Shown in pieces: positions 47,924 to 60,200 of a DNA stretch of 64,000 nucleotides. Position 1 is the first letter of the stretch; the number at the start of each line of letters is the position of its first letter. Made by a program: the position numbers and the translations under genes. The notes beneath the pieces are model-generated. The model worked only from the letters and a program-made list of their open reading frames with translations. It had not been told where the DNA came from and did not search any database. The DNA comes from Cladosporium halotolerans (Eukaryota): NCBI RefSeq assembly GCF_011745625.1, contig NW_027191469.1, positions 1-64,000 on the forward strand, read 5' to 3'.

Positions 47924-48697
47924 ATGTTCACCGGCATCGTAGAAACAATAGGCAGTACGTCGCCCTCCGCTCTCGCCCCGCCCACCCTCCCGCCAGCGCG
48001 CTGACACCGCAGCCGCACAGCCGTCTCGCGCCTGGCGCAGCACGACGCCAGCTCCAGCGGCGGCGGCGGCACCAGCCTGACGATCTCCGGCTGCGGCGAG
48101 ATCCTCACCGACTGCCACCTGGGCGACAGCATCAGCGTGAACGGCACGTGCCTCACCGTGACAGAATTCGGCAAAGACGAGTTCAAAGTGGGCGTCGCGC
48201 CCGAGACGCTGCGGCGCACGAACCTGGGCTCCCTGAAAGAAGGCAGCGGCGTGAACCTGGAACGGGCGGTGAGCGCGCACACGCGGATGGGCGGGCACTT
48301 CGTGCAGGGCCATGTGGACACGATCGCGGAGGTGGCGGAGACGCGGCAGGACGGGAATGCGATCACGTTTCGCTTGAAGCCGCGGGACAAGTTCGTGCTG
48401 CGGTATATCGTCGAGAAGGGGTATGTGACGCTGGACGGGGCGTCGCTGACGATCACGGCGGTGGATGATGAGGAGGGGTGGTGGGAGGTGATGCTTATTG
48501 CGTACACGCAGGAGAAGGTTGTGATGGGGAAGAAGAGGCAGGGCGAGGATGTGAATGTCGAGGTGGATATGGTGGGCAAGTACGTGGAGAAGAGCGTGGC
48601 GGCGTATTTTGAGGGGAGCGGAGCGAGCGGTGGAGCCATGCTTGAGAAGATGGTGCAGCGGCTTGTGGATGAGCGGATGAACAGTGTAGCGAAGTAA
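47924..48697 (+). CDS. RIB5: Riboflavin synthase alpha chain; exons 47924-47954, 48021-48697
   Basis: Invariant N-terminus MFTGIVE; GDSISVNGTCLTV; RMGGHFVQGHVDT; KGYVTLDGASLT; VNVEVDMVGKYV. Confidence 0.96.
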
Positions 48698-49199
48698 CTC
48701 GGTCTGAGAAGGCCGTGTATTCACGATGACGAGGTATGTGAACACTCTCATGTCGTTCAATCTTCCGCAAGCCTCTTCAGAAGATTTATCAAGATGTGGA
48801 TCTGGACTCGTGCAGGTGTTTCCCTCCAATTGCCATTGATTCATTCATCTCGATGCTTCCATTTTGATATGGTTATGTGTTTATCTCACTCATGGCATGG
48901 ATGTCCGGGGACCCGCGGGTCGTTGCATTGCGAAACGGTAGTGCCGACTCCTCCGATGCACTGACGGAAAAGAATAACCACTGAAGTAATTCTGCATTCG
49001 CAATGGACAAAGGTCGATGTGAACTATGGTATTTCCTCACTCAAGTTACATATCTTACAAGCAAGGCGTGTGCCCCAGCGCTTTTCTATTATACAACCTC
49101 GCGAGGCGAGGCAGTGTATATACGAACACTCTTTACCTCTAAATACACCCCATATTTTGCAATAATACATCGCCAACATCTCATCACAAGTCGCAGAAA

Positions 49200-52100
49200 T
49201 CAATGCCTGTCACTCCGCTCAGGATCCCACCTGAAGGGACGATGAACAGTCTTTTGCTTCTTTCCTCTCTTCTCCTCCTTCTCCTCCTGATCTCCCTCCC
49301 CATCATCCTCGTCCGCCTCCTGCTCCTTCTTGTCCTCTCCTTCTCCATCGTCCTCCAATCCCTCACCCTCCGCCAACCGCGCGTCTAATTGCGTCTTCAC
49401 CCTCTCCTCAACAATCTCTAACTCCTCGCCATAGACTCCAGAATCCTGCAACCCACGCAGAACCGCTTTCGGTCGGAACCCGCCACGCATCAGCAAATCA
49501 ACCGCCCACACCAGCACCTCGCGGCGCTCAGCAGTCTTCTCCTCGCGCATCGCCTGCTGCACGACAATTTTTACCATCGTGACAGTCACGCGGCTCAGAC
49601 CGCCATACACAGCGACTTCAGTCGCGCGCTCATTCTGGATGCGCACGCGCTTGCGCGGAAGACTCTCCGCGCCAACGTGCGCGTGCAGCGAGCGCGGCAG
49701 TCCGCGCGCGAGCTTAGACTTGCTGTCCTCGGCGCGGCAAGGGGTGTACTGGACCGCTTCGCCGCGCTGGGGGAGGTCGTCGGATCCGCGCTCGGCGGGG
49801 AGGAAAGTGTTGACTAGGTCGACGCCGGCGGCGCTGCCGCGGGAGGCGACGACGCCGCGGAGGACGGTGTTGAAGACGCAGGAGCTGATGGTGAAGGGGA
49901 CGTGGGAGGGGAGTTTGCGGCGGGCTTCGATGAGGGCCGCGAGGCGGGCGTCGACGCTTGAGAGGATGGTGTAGAGAGTGTGGAGGCGGGCGGTGGCGCG
50001 GCTGTGGCGGACGCGGTCGGGGCCAGTGTGAGTGTGGCCGTAGGAGCCGGCGACGATTTTCGAGAGGATGGTTGACGCGCGGGTGTAATTATCGCCACCC
50101 GTTTCGGTCTCGAGCAGCATTTGCGTCGAGACTGTGGCGACGTTGTTCGCACTCCATTGGAAGCCTGGGGTGTCGCGCATGTATTCTAGAATGCGCTCGG
50201 CGGAGTCCCATTGCTTCAGCTCGATCTGGGCGTCCAGGAAAGCTTTGAGGAGCTCTTTGGGGATGGGACCGGCCGTGTCGGCGTCGTCGAGTTTTCCAGT
50301 GCCGACTTTCACGACTTTCATGAGCAGATCCATGTTGTTGGCGGCGGTGGCGAATCTAACGAGTGCGGCTGAGATGGCAGGGTTGCTGTACATGTCCTCT
50401 GTGATGGTAGGGCCGTCGACGTCCTGCGTAGTCAACATCCATGCACCCACATCAAAGGCTTTATTGTCAGTAGCAAGGTCCAGGAGAGCTGCGAGCGTGT
50501 GGACAGGCACCTGAGTATCAAACAAAGGAAACTCAATGCCAGTAAAGTTGCTGTTGAACAGTGGCCTGGACGAGGCTTCTGTGTCCACAGAGCCGACGCG
50601 CATGTGCTCGAAGAAATCCGCAAGGGAGCGGCTTCGGTTGTGATCCACTCGTCGTTGCAGGTATTCGAACGCCTTCAAAGCGCCCTCCAGGTTGCCGCTC
50701 TTGATTTCCGCACGCAAAGCACGATGCATGAATCCAAGAATTGCGGCGCTTCCATCTAGAACGTATGTGGGTAAGACCTGCGATCGGCGCGAGGCGAGCT
50801 CCTCTCCAATGTTTGGGGCCATTCCGGCGAAGCGTAACGAAGTGGATGCATTCCACTCAAGGTCGAACGCACCAGATTCGGCAATGCGAACTAGGATTGC
50901 GTCCCAAGACCCACCGCCCAAGTTGAGATTCGATCGCTGCAGAAGATTGCGAAAATTGCGGATCCAGGACAGAACCAAAGTCAGTGGCAGACCGCGAGTG
51001 CCTACACCGTAGCTGATATAATTCAGGATAGCGTCAATGTAAGCATCGACGACTTCACTGCTGATAGTGCCCTCAACACGCAATCCAGAACCATGAGTAT
51101 CTATTCCGTCCATGGTTGCGCTCGACTGAGTGTCGAATACGAATTTGATGCTGTCCCAGTCGAGTAACCTCTCCTCTCCAAAAGGCATGATCGATCTGAG
51201 CGTGTCACGCCAGGAAATCGCCTTCCATTTAGCATCCTTCTTCTTTCCTTTACAGGCGAGATCCAGCAGAGCGGCACCCTCTGAGATCCAGCCGCCGTGC
51301 AGACATGACCACAGAATCAACTCAAACCACACCTCAAGCTTGACCGAAGAGACCCTAACGCGATAGGATGATCCCATCGCCTCTAGCCGGCTGGGGTCCC
51401 TGCCTGATTGTCTCGCTTCCTCGACGGCTGTCATCTCACGGGCCTTCCAGGTTGCGTCGGACAGGGCCGTAAAAATGCGAGAAGAAAGGAGTTGCAAGGT
51501 CGGCGGCTGCTGAATGGCGTCCTCGTTCTGGGACGGCTGGTAGCTGTAGACGGAAGATGATACCAGCTCGTAATGGTGGAGGAGAGCGATCATCTCGAGA
51601 ATCTCAGGTTTGATCGCTCCGCCAGCGATCTGCGGATCATTCGCGCAGGCTATGATCAATCGGCCGATGCCTTCCCATACCAGACCAAGCACTTGATGTC
51701 GATTGACTTCCTTACTACTGAGGGTGTCTGGCCTGTCGTCCGTGAGTGCGTGGAGGCTGGGGGCTGAAGAGCGTTTGATGTGTGGCGTCTGCATTTGGCC
51801 ATCTCGGGGCACCAAGTAGAGGGGGTTCTGGGTGATATCACTCAGACTTTCGGTTCGCTCCCATTGTTGAACTGTCTGGGCAAGACGGTTCGAACGCGGC
51901 AACTCGGCGTGATAGCTTTCGATCAAAAGCTTCACGATCCAGACAGCAGCCTTCCACCGGCCGTGTCTGATAGCAAGCCATGGGAAGAAAGGCGTGAAAG
52001 ACGCATTGGCATCTTCGATGATTCTGACAATCCTCCGTGTGGTCGCAGTGGTGGGGAGAAACTCGCGCGCAGAATATCGCGTGTCATGGTCACCGGAATT

Positions 52101-52412
52101 GGATCGCAGATGGGGCGGCAGGCATTCGTCAAGGTAGTCGAGGAGTTCCCCTTCGAAGTGTTTGAAGGCGGCAGCATCCTCGTTGACTATCCTCTGTGTA
52201 GTTTCCGGACGGCGATATTTCTTGAGCCGGTCGAATTGTGGCTTAATGTCCCCAGGAAAGGCCGGTTGGATGGCGGAGGTAGGCCCCTGAGGCGCCGCAG
52301 TCGCGAACTCGCGCGAATGCCATGCTGTGGGCTTAGAGCACAGGAAAGAGAACTTCGTCACGCGAGCATTAACAGCCCGTCGTCTCGTATCCCGCAGCGC
52401 ACCGGGTATCAT
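49200..52412 (-). CDS. Large, probably mitochondrial helical-repeat (PPR-like) protein
   Basis: Long uninterrupted ORF; Arg-rich, presequence-like start at ATG 52412; PPR-like segments (LLKAFLDAQIELKQWDSAERILEYM; VFNTVLRGVVA). Confidence 0.65.
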   Translation of the reverse strand: MIPGALRDTRRRAVNARVTKFSFLCSKPTAWHSREFATAAPQGPTSAIQPAFPGDIKPQFDRLKKYRRPETTQRIVNEDAAAFKHFEGELLDYLDECLPPHLRSNSGDHDTRYSAREFLPTTATTRRIVRIIEDANASFTPFFPWLAIRHGRWKAAVWIVKLLIESYHAELPRSNRLAQTVQQWERTESLSDITQNPLYLVPRDGQMQTPHIKRSSAPSLHALTDDRPDTLSSKEVNRHQVLGLVWEGIGRLIIACANDPQIAGGAIKPEILEMIALLHHYELVSSSVYSYQPSQNEDAIQQPPTLQLLSSRIFTALSDATWKAREMTAVEEARQSGRDPSRLEAMGSSYRVRVSSVKLEVWFELILWSCLHGGWISEGAALLDLACKGKKKDAKWKAISWRDTLRSIMPFGEERLLDWDSIKFVFDTQSSATMDGIDTHGSGLRVEGTISSEVVDAYIDAILNYISYGVGTRGLPLTLVLSWIRNFRNLLQRSNLNLGGGSWDAILVRIAESGAFDLEWNASTSLRFAGMAPNIGEELASRRSQVLPTYVLDGSAAILGFMHRALRAEIKSGNLEGALKAFEYLQRRVDHNRSRSLADFFEHMRVGSVDTEASSRPLFNSNFTGIEFPLFDTQVPVHTLAALLDLATDNKAFDVGAWMLTTQDVDGPTITEDMYSNPAISAALVRFATAANNMDLLMKVVKVGTGKLDDADTAGPIPKELLKAFLDAQIELKQWDSAERILEYMRDTPGFQWSANNVATVSTQMLLETETGGDNYTRASTILSKIVAGSYGHTHTGPDRVRHSRATARLHTLYTILSSVDARLAALIEARRKLPSHVPFTISSCVFNTVLRGVVASRGSAAGVDLVNTFLPAERGSDDLPQRGEAVQYTPCRAEDSKSKLARGLPRSLHAHVGAESLPRKRVRIQNERATEVAVYGGLSRVTVTMVKIVVQQAMREEKTAERREVLVWAVDLLMRGGFRPKAVLRGLQDSGVYGEELEIVEERVKTQLDARLAEGEGLEDDGEGEDKKEQEADEDDGEGDQEEKEEKRGKKQKTVHRPFRWDPERSDRH

Positions 52413-53060
52413 TTGCGTGCTGTGGACATGCAAGCGAAGAGGTGGAAGTGGACGGGTTAACGATCGCCACAAATTTCTCGAGAGCCTCCCCGGGCGAGTT
52501 CCATTCAATGACGCACAGACTGGACTGTAGTTGTGAGACAAGACGCATATCGAGGACGTAGAGACCTCAAGTGACATACTACACTCGTTGGACACGGATC
52601 CATGCTACCCATTCACGACTTTTTCGCATTTAAAATCCGCATACAAATATCTCTACAAGCAATATTCTTCTACTGGGAACGCATCTCGCCATCCGGGCGT
52701 GCCTGAGGTGCGGAAACGTCTGCGCGCACCTCTGAGACCGGCTGCGTTGACGAGGGCAGGGCCGCTGCCTGCGCGCTCCAGGCTGATGTGAGACGCGACA
52801 AGCTGCGCGCGCGTGGAGTGACTTCATGTCTCCAGGTGCTTGAGACGGGCGCAAGCAAATTGCAGTTCGCATCCTCATTCACTCGCAACTACCACCACCC
52901 ACGCCTACCCGCCCGACTCTTCCTCTCACGTTCGTCGTCTGTCGGTTCCTCCAACACCCATCTGCGCGAGCAACAGCTCTCGTCTAAGCGTTGCAACGCG
53001 CATCGCTCGTCCGCATTCGCGCGTTTTTAACACCACAAATTGCGCGAACTAATTGCCAAA

Positions 53061-54210
53061 ATGTCGTACCGTATTGGTGAGTCTCTACCCATAGCTCACA
53101 GTATACCTAGATCTTCCGCCTCCATTTTTACTGACCATGCCCAGAAATCTCGCCCAACGCTCGCGCCGGCTGTCAAGCAACGCATTGCAAGAAGGAAAAC
53201 GTCAAGATCCAGAAAGGCGAGATCCGCCAGGGCGTGCTGGTCACCATCCAGGACCACTCGGGCATGAAGTGGCGCCACTGGTCAGTCTCTCGCTGTTGCT
53301 CCATTCCATTCCTTTCCACCCGCTAACCCTCCCGCAGGGGCTGCGTCACGCCTGAGGTCCTGCACAACTGGTGGGAGAATGCCGAACATGACATGGAATT
53401 GATCGACGGCTTCGACACTCTCCCTGAAGACGCTGCGGAGAAGGTCAAGCGTGCGCTGGAGCAGGGTCATGTTGATGATGAGGACTGGAATGGGGTATGT
53501 TCTGATGTCGATTGATGTGCTCCGCGTGCTCTGGCTGACTCATTTTTCAGGACGTCGAATGCAACCGCTATACTGGCAAGAGGGCTCAAGGAATGTTTTT
53601 GAAGGGCAATGCGAAGAAGGCCAAAGAGGTACGTGTCGCCACTTCCGCGTTGTAAACGATTAACACTAATGACAAACAGGGCGCCGAAGAAGATGGAGAC
53701 GACGACGACGACTCGAAGGCCAAGAAGCCTGCTGGCAAGAAACGCGGCCGCCCGGCCAAAGATGAGGCCAACGGCGACGACGAGAAACCTGCTCCGAAGA
53801 AGGCACGCGGCAAGAAGGCCGCCGACGCTGACGCAGACGATGCTGCTCCCGCGAAGAAGGGCAGAGGCCGTCCGAGGAAAACTGTTGCTGCCGACGAAGA
53901 CGAAGCTGAAGAGGACGTCAAGCCCGCTCCGAAGAAGGCTAGAGGCCGCCCGAGGAAGTCCGTGGATGCTGGAGTCGAGAAGGATGAAGAGCCTGCCGAG
54001 GCCGCCCCGAAGAAGGGCAGAGGTCGCCCGAAGAAGGAAGCTCCGGTCGAAGAGGACGCCGGCGATGAATCTGCTGAAGTCGAAGCTGCGCCTGCTAAGA
54101 AGGCTAGAGGCCGCCCGAAGAAGGCGCAGCCGCAGGCTTCTTCCGACAGTGTTGAGCCGAAGAAGGGCAGAGGCAGGCCGAAGAAGGCTGCATCTACCGA
54201 CGACGAGTGA
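53061..54210 (+). CDS. zf-PARP-type domain protein with multiple AT-hooks (5 exons)
   Basis: MSYRIE...RAGCQ...C...KIQKGEIRQG...KWRHWGCVTP assembled through four canonical introns; C-terminal repeats KK(G/A)RGRP(K/R)K. Confidence 0.88.
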
Positions 54211-55178
54211 ACTACCCGGCTCAATCTGGCCCCCGATCATTTGTCGCATGGCGCGACCATGTTTGCCATAGCGCAGCGTCAGACTGACCTTTGAACACCC
54301 CTGCCGCCTGGACTTCACGCTCAATGTATCGTCATTCTGGGTCCAAAGCCGCAGAGACCTGCTACCGCTCAGACCAAACACCTTCTTGTAATACGCTGGA
54401 TTCTTGCCTGCTCTCCACAAACCTGGCTTCACACTTCACCCGTCACGATGAGCGGGCCAAAAGCTTGAAGTTTTCTCAATTCTTGGTGATACGGACTTTG
54501 AGGAGCGAGAGCATTATGCTTGCATTTTTCCCTTTGTCACACATTCCAGCAAGCGGCAAGCGTGATAGTGTATAATAAGTAGATACGCACGTCAATCGTG
54601 CTCCATTGTGCCGGTCTCGGAAGACTTGCAAGGCTCAGATCGGAAGCGAAGTGATAACTTTGAAGATGGCAGCCGCCACAAGCACCATAAATACTGCTAT
54701 GAATCAGATTCCATTAAGGTAAGTCGATAAGTCAGCCGATCCTTCCGACTAGCCGTTTCGAGACAGCGCCATAATATGGTTTCAGCTGCAACTGGGGAAA
54801 TTGGGAGACCACGCCGCAGCGAACTTGTTATAAGTGTCAAACGACAGACATCGTATAACATTCGGCACGGCCAAGGTAATAGAAAGCATCGATTTCGTAT
54901 TGACGCACATCCACAACGACTATGTTCGGCTCCGGTTCTAACAATAGATACCTACTGCGAGAGCCAGTCATGCTTGCAGTCATGTGGCGGGCCAACACGA
55001 ATCCTGTCACCGCACTAGACGAGCTTGACACTAAGCGAAAAGCCATGTAGATATTAGAGTCACCACAACAGTCAACACTAAGACGATACGGCATTGAGGA
55101 AGCGCACATATCGATCGTTTCACCCTCATACACCATCTGTGGCGGTTCTCACAACAACGAATCACCACTCCTCGCTCC

Positions 55179-56357
55179 ATGATGAAGCCAGGATCACTCA
55201 AACGCATTTTTCAGGAGATTGAAGATGTCAACGCCGACTTCTTCAATCTCCGAACCGTACTTTCCCAGGACACCGACTCCGACGACCTCAAATTCTACTT
55301 CGTCATGCTCCCCAACGACGGCGCAATGGCCCACCTCCCACTCGTCGGAGCCCTATACATCCACGACAACTACCCGGCCTACCCACCCGTGGTGCACCTC
55401 TACACCAAAACCGGGCGATTCAACGTCGACGTCTACCGTTATGAAACGGGAAACATCACACGCAGTACATTATGCTTCGACGTCCTATCCTCAGAGTCCC
55501 AAGGTGGCACGTGGAAACCGGAGTACAGCATATCGCTCCTGTTCGCATCCCTAATGTCAGCCATCGTCTCCTTCTCCGTCCCTCAACAGGCCGGAGGAGA
55601 CCGCGACGAGCCCGTCTCGATGGGGAAGCTGCACGAAGTGAAAGTGGCCGCGCAGGCGACATTTCTAGAATACCGAGATCGCCTACCGCCCATTCCAGCG
55701 ATCCCCGCGATAGCAGCGACGCCCATCCCAGCCGAGCAAATGCCCTTTCCCAGCAAGATCACGACCAGCGAAGGGGAGAAATTCACCAGTGGGCCAATCT
55801 ACCTCCAAACAAAAAACTCAACCGCGCAAACCTTCGCCATGGACCTGACAGGCCTCCACCCGGGCATAGTCTTCTCGATCGTGCTGAGCAGTTCCACAAG
55901 CGACATCGCCGGGCGGAAACCAGACGTGATCATCGTGCGGAACGGCGTGACGGCGACAGCGGCGCGGAAGCGCGCGGGCGAGAGCACGAAGTGGTTCTAC
56001 CACGGCAAACCGATGGACGAGAAGATCGCGCGGCTGCACGTCACGATCGGGCGGGGGCAGATGACGCTGGCGTACGAGGCCGAGGGGCGGATGATCGTGC
56101 ATGGGGAGTCGCCGGTGTCCAGACTTGGGGTGTTCCAGATTGGGGATGTGAGCGGGTTGCCGTTCTATGTGCATGTGGTTATGAAGAGGAAGTCGGGCGG
56201 GGAGGCGTGGGTGACGTTTCTTGACACGGAGGGGAAGGGGTATGTTCATGATCCGACGAGGGAGGTGCGCGATGGTCTTCAGGGTAAGATGGGTCAGCTG
56301 GGGATCAGAGACGAAGATCGAGAAGAGCTTGCTGAACAAGGCTGGGACGTGGTATGA
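55179..56357 (+). CDS. Atypical ubiquitin-conjugating (E2/UBC) domain protein with a beta-rich C-terminal extension
   Basis: SLKRIFQEI, NYPAYPPVV, putative catalytic TLCFDVL, WKPEYSISLLF; intronless. Confidence 0.78.
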   Translation: MMKPGSLKRIFQEIEDVNADFFNLRTVLSQDTDSDDLKFYFVMLPNDGAMAHLPLVGALYIHDNYPAYPPVVHLYTKTGRFNVDVYRYETGNITRSTLCFDVLSSESQGGTWKPEYSISLLFASLMSAIVSFSVPQQAGGDRDEPVSMGKLHEVKVAAQATFLEYRDRLPPIPAIPAIAATPIPAEQMPFPSKITTSEGEKFTSGPIYLQTKNSTAQTFAMDLTGLHPGIVFSIVLSSSTSDIAGRKPDVIIVRNGVTATAARKRAGESTKWFYHGKPMDEKIARLHVTIGRGQMTLAYEAEGRMIVHGESPVSRLGVFQIGDVSGLPFYVHVVMKRKSGGEAWVTFLDTEGKGYVHDPTREVRDGLQGKMGQLGIRDEDREELAEQGWDVV

Positions 56358-57276
56358 TGAACTGTATGTTTGTCTTCGTTGGAGCTGCATCCCAATGGTT
56401 TCAAGATGCGTTTGGCCGCGCTATTGCGTTGTGCACTCCCTCGTACTGATCAGACATTTTCTCGGTGTGGGTACGTCGGTGGTGTCCTTTTGTCGAAGCA
56501 GCAGGAATTGAGATTGTCGATCTCTCCCCTGACGGATGCGATGGATATGTGTCTGTTGAAGATGTGGATACCTCATGTTCTTCACGGGAGTCGGCTACGA
56601 CATATACTTCGGTCTGGTCTGATCTAGGGCAGAACGGCGGGTTGCGCAATGGCCACAGCGCCAGCCCTGATCGCCGCATCCCTGCAAGCGCCAGGGCGGC
56701 GTTCGTCGCAAGCTGGTGCCGCCTCCTGCGCGTCGTACAATGGAGAGGGACAACACACCTACGCGCTGAAACGCCTTGAGAGTGATATTCGACGAGCGCA
56801 TGTACGCTGGAGGATGCGCAGGGGAAGCCAATGAACTTTCTACTTGACACACGATACTTTATGAAAATCAGTGCCGAGTATGAAGTCAATAATCCTCGGC
56901 CAATGCCTGCTAGCTGGCTCGTAAGATTGCCATCTACGCTCCCGTCTCCGGCCTTCATCATTAGCATCTCGCCTCCGTAGCCGTAACCCCAATGCGCTAC
57001 TGCACCAATCATATACTCACCATCTCTCCCCTACCGCGAACACAGTGCAAGTGACAGCGCACCAATACCATTGACCGCCTGGTAGCTCGCCCTTGTCGCA
57101 GACTGAGACAACCCGCCCGATCAGCGCTCGACCGCTTGCGACCTCCGGCGATCCTCTCTGTCCTCGCGCAAACAACCACCCACGCAATGTGGCCTTGAGT
57201 GCTCGAGCGTACTTGATACCAGGGCCTGTCGCAGGCAAACCCTCCCTGCCTCACGACTCGAGTCGATCCTACAAAA

Positions 57277-60200
57277 ATGCCCTGGCAACCGCTGCCAGCA
57301 GTCGCGTTCGCCATCTGCGTATACCCTTTCCACGCGACTCAGACACAGGACCTCCCGCTCCAGGTCGGCGACCACATCTACATTATCGAACAAGGCGGCA
57401 AGAACCAGCAATGGTACCGCGGATACCTCGTCGCATCGCCGTCGCTGCTCGCCGGCCTCACCAGCAATCGGGGTCAGCAGCTAGAACACCGCGTCTTCTC
57501 CGGCATATTCCCTCGCAACTGCGTTGAGGTAAGAGAATTCCTTGGTGAGGAGAAGAGCAATGGTAGCACAACGCGTCCGGCGAGTCCGGTCTCGGTTGGA
57601 GGCACAGATGAGGACAACATCAAGGAGAGGAGGATGAGCCAGAAGCTTGTGGCTCGAAGGTTGAGTAGGGCGCACAGCAGAAAGAGAAGTCAATCGAACA
57701 TCAAAGAGAAGGCAAGAGCACAGGGAATTGATTTGCAGCGCAACCCTCTGCCACGGCTTCCAAACGCGCCGAAACCGCTTGCACCGGTGCCGCTGCTCAG
57801 GGTGGGTGATGAGACCGTACAATCGGCCGAGGAGCCTCTGGTAGACGAAATCGCTTCTTGTCTGCGCGAATGGCACGATGCTCGGCTCCATGAGCTGCTG
57901 CTATCGCGCAGCTACCCTCAACTAGGACGGGTGCAAGATCTCATCAAGCGTCTCAGCACCAGCCGGCAGCAGCTGATGCACGACGTGATGACAACAAAGG
58001 AGCTCAGGAAGCTTCGAGAGGATACAGTATGGGATCTGGTAGCTGGCAACAAGCTCCTGAGTGACGAGGTTGTGGTACGCAGCTGTGCTGAGAAGGGTCG
58101 CCTTCTAACCGCCGACGACTCCGTGATCGAAATGACCAAAGATCAAGCCAACATGAGTACACTGGACCGACCGCCAAAAGCGCCTGCGGATATGCTCATG
58201 CTTTACCATATTATCGTCGATGTCACGAACTTCGTGTCCTCCGCAGATCAGCCTGCTACGTTGCAACTGTATCTCTGCTCGAAAGAATTTGGCGAGAAAC
58301 CACAGCCTTTGACGGAGAATTATGCAATCTCCCTACCGATTGTGGACGCAGAGTCGAAGCCCTCCGACGATGAGTCCAAGACCCTCTTCGTCAATCTTAC
58401 TGCAGCAGACCTTGGCATCGGACAAGAAAGCAATTCCCTTTACCTGGTGTTCAAGCTACTCAAGGACGAGCCTGTGCGGCAGACCCTCTCTCACCAGCCC
58501 GTACACGAACTCTCAAATCAGCCTTCCATGTCATCCATACCAAAGACACGCAACAGCTTGAAGAGTAGACGTAGCATGTTTGGAAGTCAGAAGAAGCAGG
58601 AGCCTCGCCCCGGAACAGCAAACTCAGAACGTCCACGTACAGGCCGCTCGAGCTCTTCTATGTCTGAACATCCTTCTATGCAAGAAAAGACCGTCAAGCG
58701 GACCGTTGGTGTCGGCGCCATTGACATCAGCAACGTTGCTCGTGATCAGTCGGAGCTCCGTACGAGCGTCACTATGTGGACGCCATCAACGCCTTCTGAC
58801 GACCGGAGCAACGAAGATGCGGGCTGGAACGATATCATTCGCGAACTTGGACGCAGTCCGACGGGAGGTTTCTCCAAAGTGCCTGCCGTCAAGCGCTTTG
58901 ATGTCTTTACGACAACCCTTCCTTCTCTCGATCTCGATTCGCTCATTCGCACCGCACCTACGCTCCTGCACAACATCCATACGACGCAGAAGCTTGGCTT
59001 TTCTGGAGTACCATCAAAGCCTCGAAGCGACATCTACCTCACCATCACGGAACCCCTGATCCCCAAGAACGCACAACTTGCCCACTCGAAATACGGCAAC
59101 GTCCCGCTTAGTCAGCGCTGCCAAAGCGCTCTGGCTAACCTGCAACTCACTCTCGAAGTTCGCAAAGCAAGTGGCGAGAGGGTGGAAGACTGCATCTTCA
59201 CATCGTCAAACCATCAAGGCCATATTGCATGGAGGACAACCGGCGTAGAAAAAGGCGAGGCTTGGAATCAGACGATCAGACTGTCGGTCCCTGCCGAAGA
59301 TGTTCCCGGTTGCCATGTTGTCATGAGCATTGCGGACAGCCCGAACTTTCCATTCGCACTCGCATGGGTCCCGCTATGGGAAAACGATGCTTTCGTCCGT
59401 GATGGCGAGCACCATGTCTCGCTTTACGTCTACGACGAGTACAGCTCAAGCATCATCGGCGGAAAAGGCGCATACCTCGCGTTGCCACCATGGGCCAGGA
59501 AGACCGATTTCACCGAGGCCTCGGCCGCCATGGTCTCGCTGCGGACTTATCTCTGCAGCACAGAGTACTCTCAAGATCCTAATCTTCTTGGTCTGCTCAA
59601 CTGGCGGGAATTTCACGGAGAGAAGCTTATTGAGATCCTCGACAAATTCTCCTTCGTGCCAGAGATCGAAATCGTCAAGCTCCTTCGACAAGTCTTCCAG
59701 TCATTGTTCGAGATTCTTGACGAATACGCCGGCAATGAAGTCTACGAAGATCTGGTCTTCTCAGACTTCGTGGTGCTGTTCCTGGTTGCCCGTGATCGCC
59801 GTTTCGACATGAAGAATGTCATCGAGGATTACGCCGCCACTCGTCATGATTGGCCACATGCGAGCCAATGTCTGGTCAGAGCATTCCACCGCCTGGTCAA
59901 GAATCCAATGGACTCTGAAGCTTCGAGAAAGCTTAGGGCCGCGCTCAAAGTCGGCGATCAAATGCTGCGATTGATTGTTGAAACAAGGCTACCATCGCCA
60001 AGTGAGCCGGATGTGCAGGAGGACGAAGCGAGCGCGCGGCATCCGGCTTTCGTAGAGGACTTGCAGAACCTCTTCGTGGCACTCATGGCGTTGATGCGCA
60101 ACCCTATGCCTGTCCTTCTCGGAACGCAGACACTCGTGATTCAGCACTTCCACTCATGGTTGCCTGAGTTAGCCTCTTTCATGAGCCCGGCCGAAATCCT

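Noticed and set aside
53321..53337. GCTAACCCT as a telomeric site
   Set aside because: It is the branch point (GCTAAC) of a zf-PARP gene intron, followed by the CAG acceptor.
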